Below, one piece after another: positions 62,701-64,000 of a stretch of 64,000 nt of DNA. The stretch is from Vicugna vicugna. Taxonomy: Eukaryota. Position numbers and translations under genes: made by a program. Location of the stretch: NCBI GenBank assembly GCA_013265495.1, contig MU058257.1, forward strand, positions 1,319,262 to 1,383,261, written 5' to 3'. The notes under the pieces are model-generated. The model saw only the letters and a list, made by a program, of their open reading frames with translations. It did no database searches and was not told the DNA's origin. Every line of letters starts with the position of its first letter. Within the stretch, counting starts at the first letter, position 1.

Positions 62701-64000
62701 AAACCTCTAAGCACAGGAAAAGTACACCACAGATGCCCACAGATGTTGACTTATTCAGGGATGGGTGATTTTTTTCGCTGATCGGGAGGGAGGGTTAGAA
62801 GAACCTGTGGAACTTCTGCCCCAAATGGAGGAGTTGAAACCGCGCTGGAGAGAAGGAACCCATCAGGAAAGGACTCTGTGTCAGCACGTGGGGTCTGCCT
62901 GCCGTTTCTCATTTCCAGGTGAGGAGTCTCAGACCGGATCAGAAAAAGGAAACTGCTTGCTGCTCTCAGGGCATCCATCACACAGCTTGGCACCTACTGA
63001 ATTCTGATAAGGTATCAGAGCTCACAGGGGCTGGTCAATCTGCTTGGCCAGATGTGCGGTAAAGAACGGGCTAGCTGGGGGGCTGAGGGTCAACAGACAC
63101 CAAGCAGTGACCGTGGGAAGGAGAGACGAAACATGGGTCACTAGGCTACTGCTCTGTCCCCCCAGGGCTCCCGCTGCGTCTTGGAACCACGGCCCCAGGC
63201 CGACACCGCGGCTACAACACAGGTGGTCTGCAGCTGGCTGTGAGGGCCACACGGGCATGCGATGTCCCGGATCAGCCGTTGCCCTTTGACGGACAGAACA
63301 GCCATCAAACTCCTCAGCAGCTTCTTGGCAAACCTCCCCTTTTCTCCCTCCAGTGCATGTGTGAGCGCCCGTGCGTGTGTGTGTGTGTGTGCAACAGAAA
63401 CACATGCACCTGCCAAGTTCTCTAATCACCGTATCCACTCATGAGGAGGCAGCCTGATGTGGGAAAGGCGCGCTCTGGAGACAGAGAACGGGGCTCCCGT
63501 CGGGTCTCTGTCCCCAGGGATGATGCGGGTCCCACCTGGCGAGGAAGGAAGCGCTCATCCGCGGCAGGGAGGCCTGGGATGAGGCAAAGTTCAATGCACT
63601 TGACGGTGCACTTGAGGAACGCTACTCACTAACCCCACCGTTAGGACCCACTTCCCAGGAGATGCTGATACATCAGATCTTATTTCCACTGTGAGAAACT
63701 TCTGGGAAGGAAATAGGTATTCTCTCATTATTTAAAAACAGTATTTCATAACAAAGGAAGCGGCTTATCTCAGCGTAAGTAAAAGATTATTTAGATAAGT
63801 AAACGATTAGAAAATCACAGACAAGTAGAGTTTAAAATTAAAAAGAACTGAAAGCCACATGTATCAAGAGGGCTGACACTGTTTGGAAAGAGAAAGTCCA
63901 CCTGTGGGTTTATGGCTTCAGAGGGCTGCCAGGGACTCTTTCAAAAGGGGAGGCTTTGTTCTTTAATTTTAAGTCGCCAGAGAGTAGAACTGACTGTTTG

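Noticed and set aside
24400..63632. Numerous 100-176 aa ORFs in the GC-rich right half (e.g. 38057, 39725, 51445, 58331)
   Set aside because: They have no recognisable domains and no supporting splice structure, and they overlap on both strands as expected by chance in GC-rich DNA.
1..64000. Naming the host gene (large-intron genes with internal CpG islands, such as ARID1B, came to mind)
   Set aside because: No host coding exon was recognised in the window, so any name would be a guess; it needs mapping to a reference genome.

Overview
Mammalian genomic DNA, most likely camelid (inferred from tRNA-Ala(AGC)-derived SINEs of the Vic-1 type and cetartiodactyl-type L1 3' ends). I recognise no intact protein-coding exon, and the supplied ORFs are mostly chance ORFs or L1 ORF2 remnants. 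Most young L1s, all four SINEs and all four LTRs lie on the + strand, which suggests a long intron of an unidentified minus-strand host gene. A CpG-island promoter lies at about 1.3-1.8 kb. The main result is a decayed, intron-containing gene on the minus strand at about 19.1-3.5 kb, found by reading splice sites by hand. It has a small CpG-rich promoter, an ATG exon, an exon of degenerate ~16-codon repeats, an F-box-like exon and at least eight exons with cysteine-containing leucine-rich-repeat (LRR) motifs. Splice phases are mostly compatible, but there are many stops and frameshifts, so it looks like an unprocessed FBXL-type pseudogene. Other observations are a 46-bp locally templated inverted insertion with a 16-bp duplication, nested and tail-to-tail L1s, three ERV1-like solo LTRs with 4-bp target-site duplications (TSDs), and candidate enhancer motif clusters. 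All protein-family calls are by-eye motif matches and need HMM or alignment confirmation.
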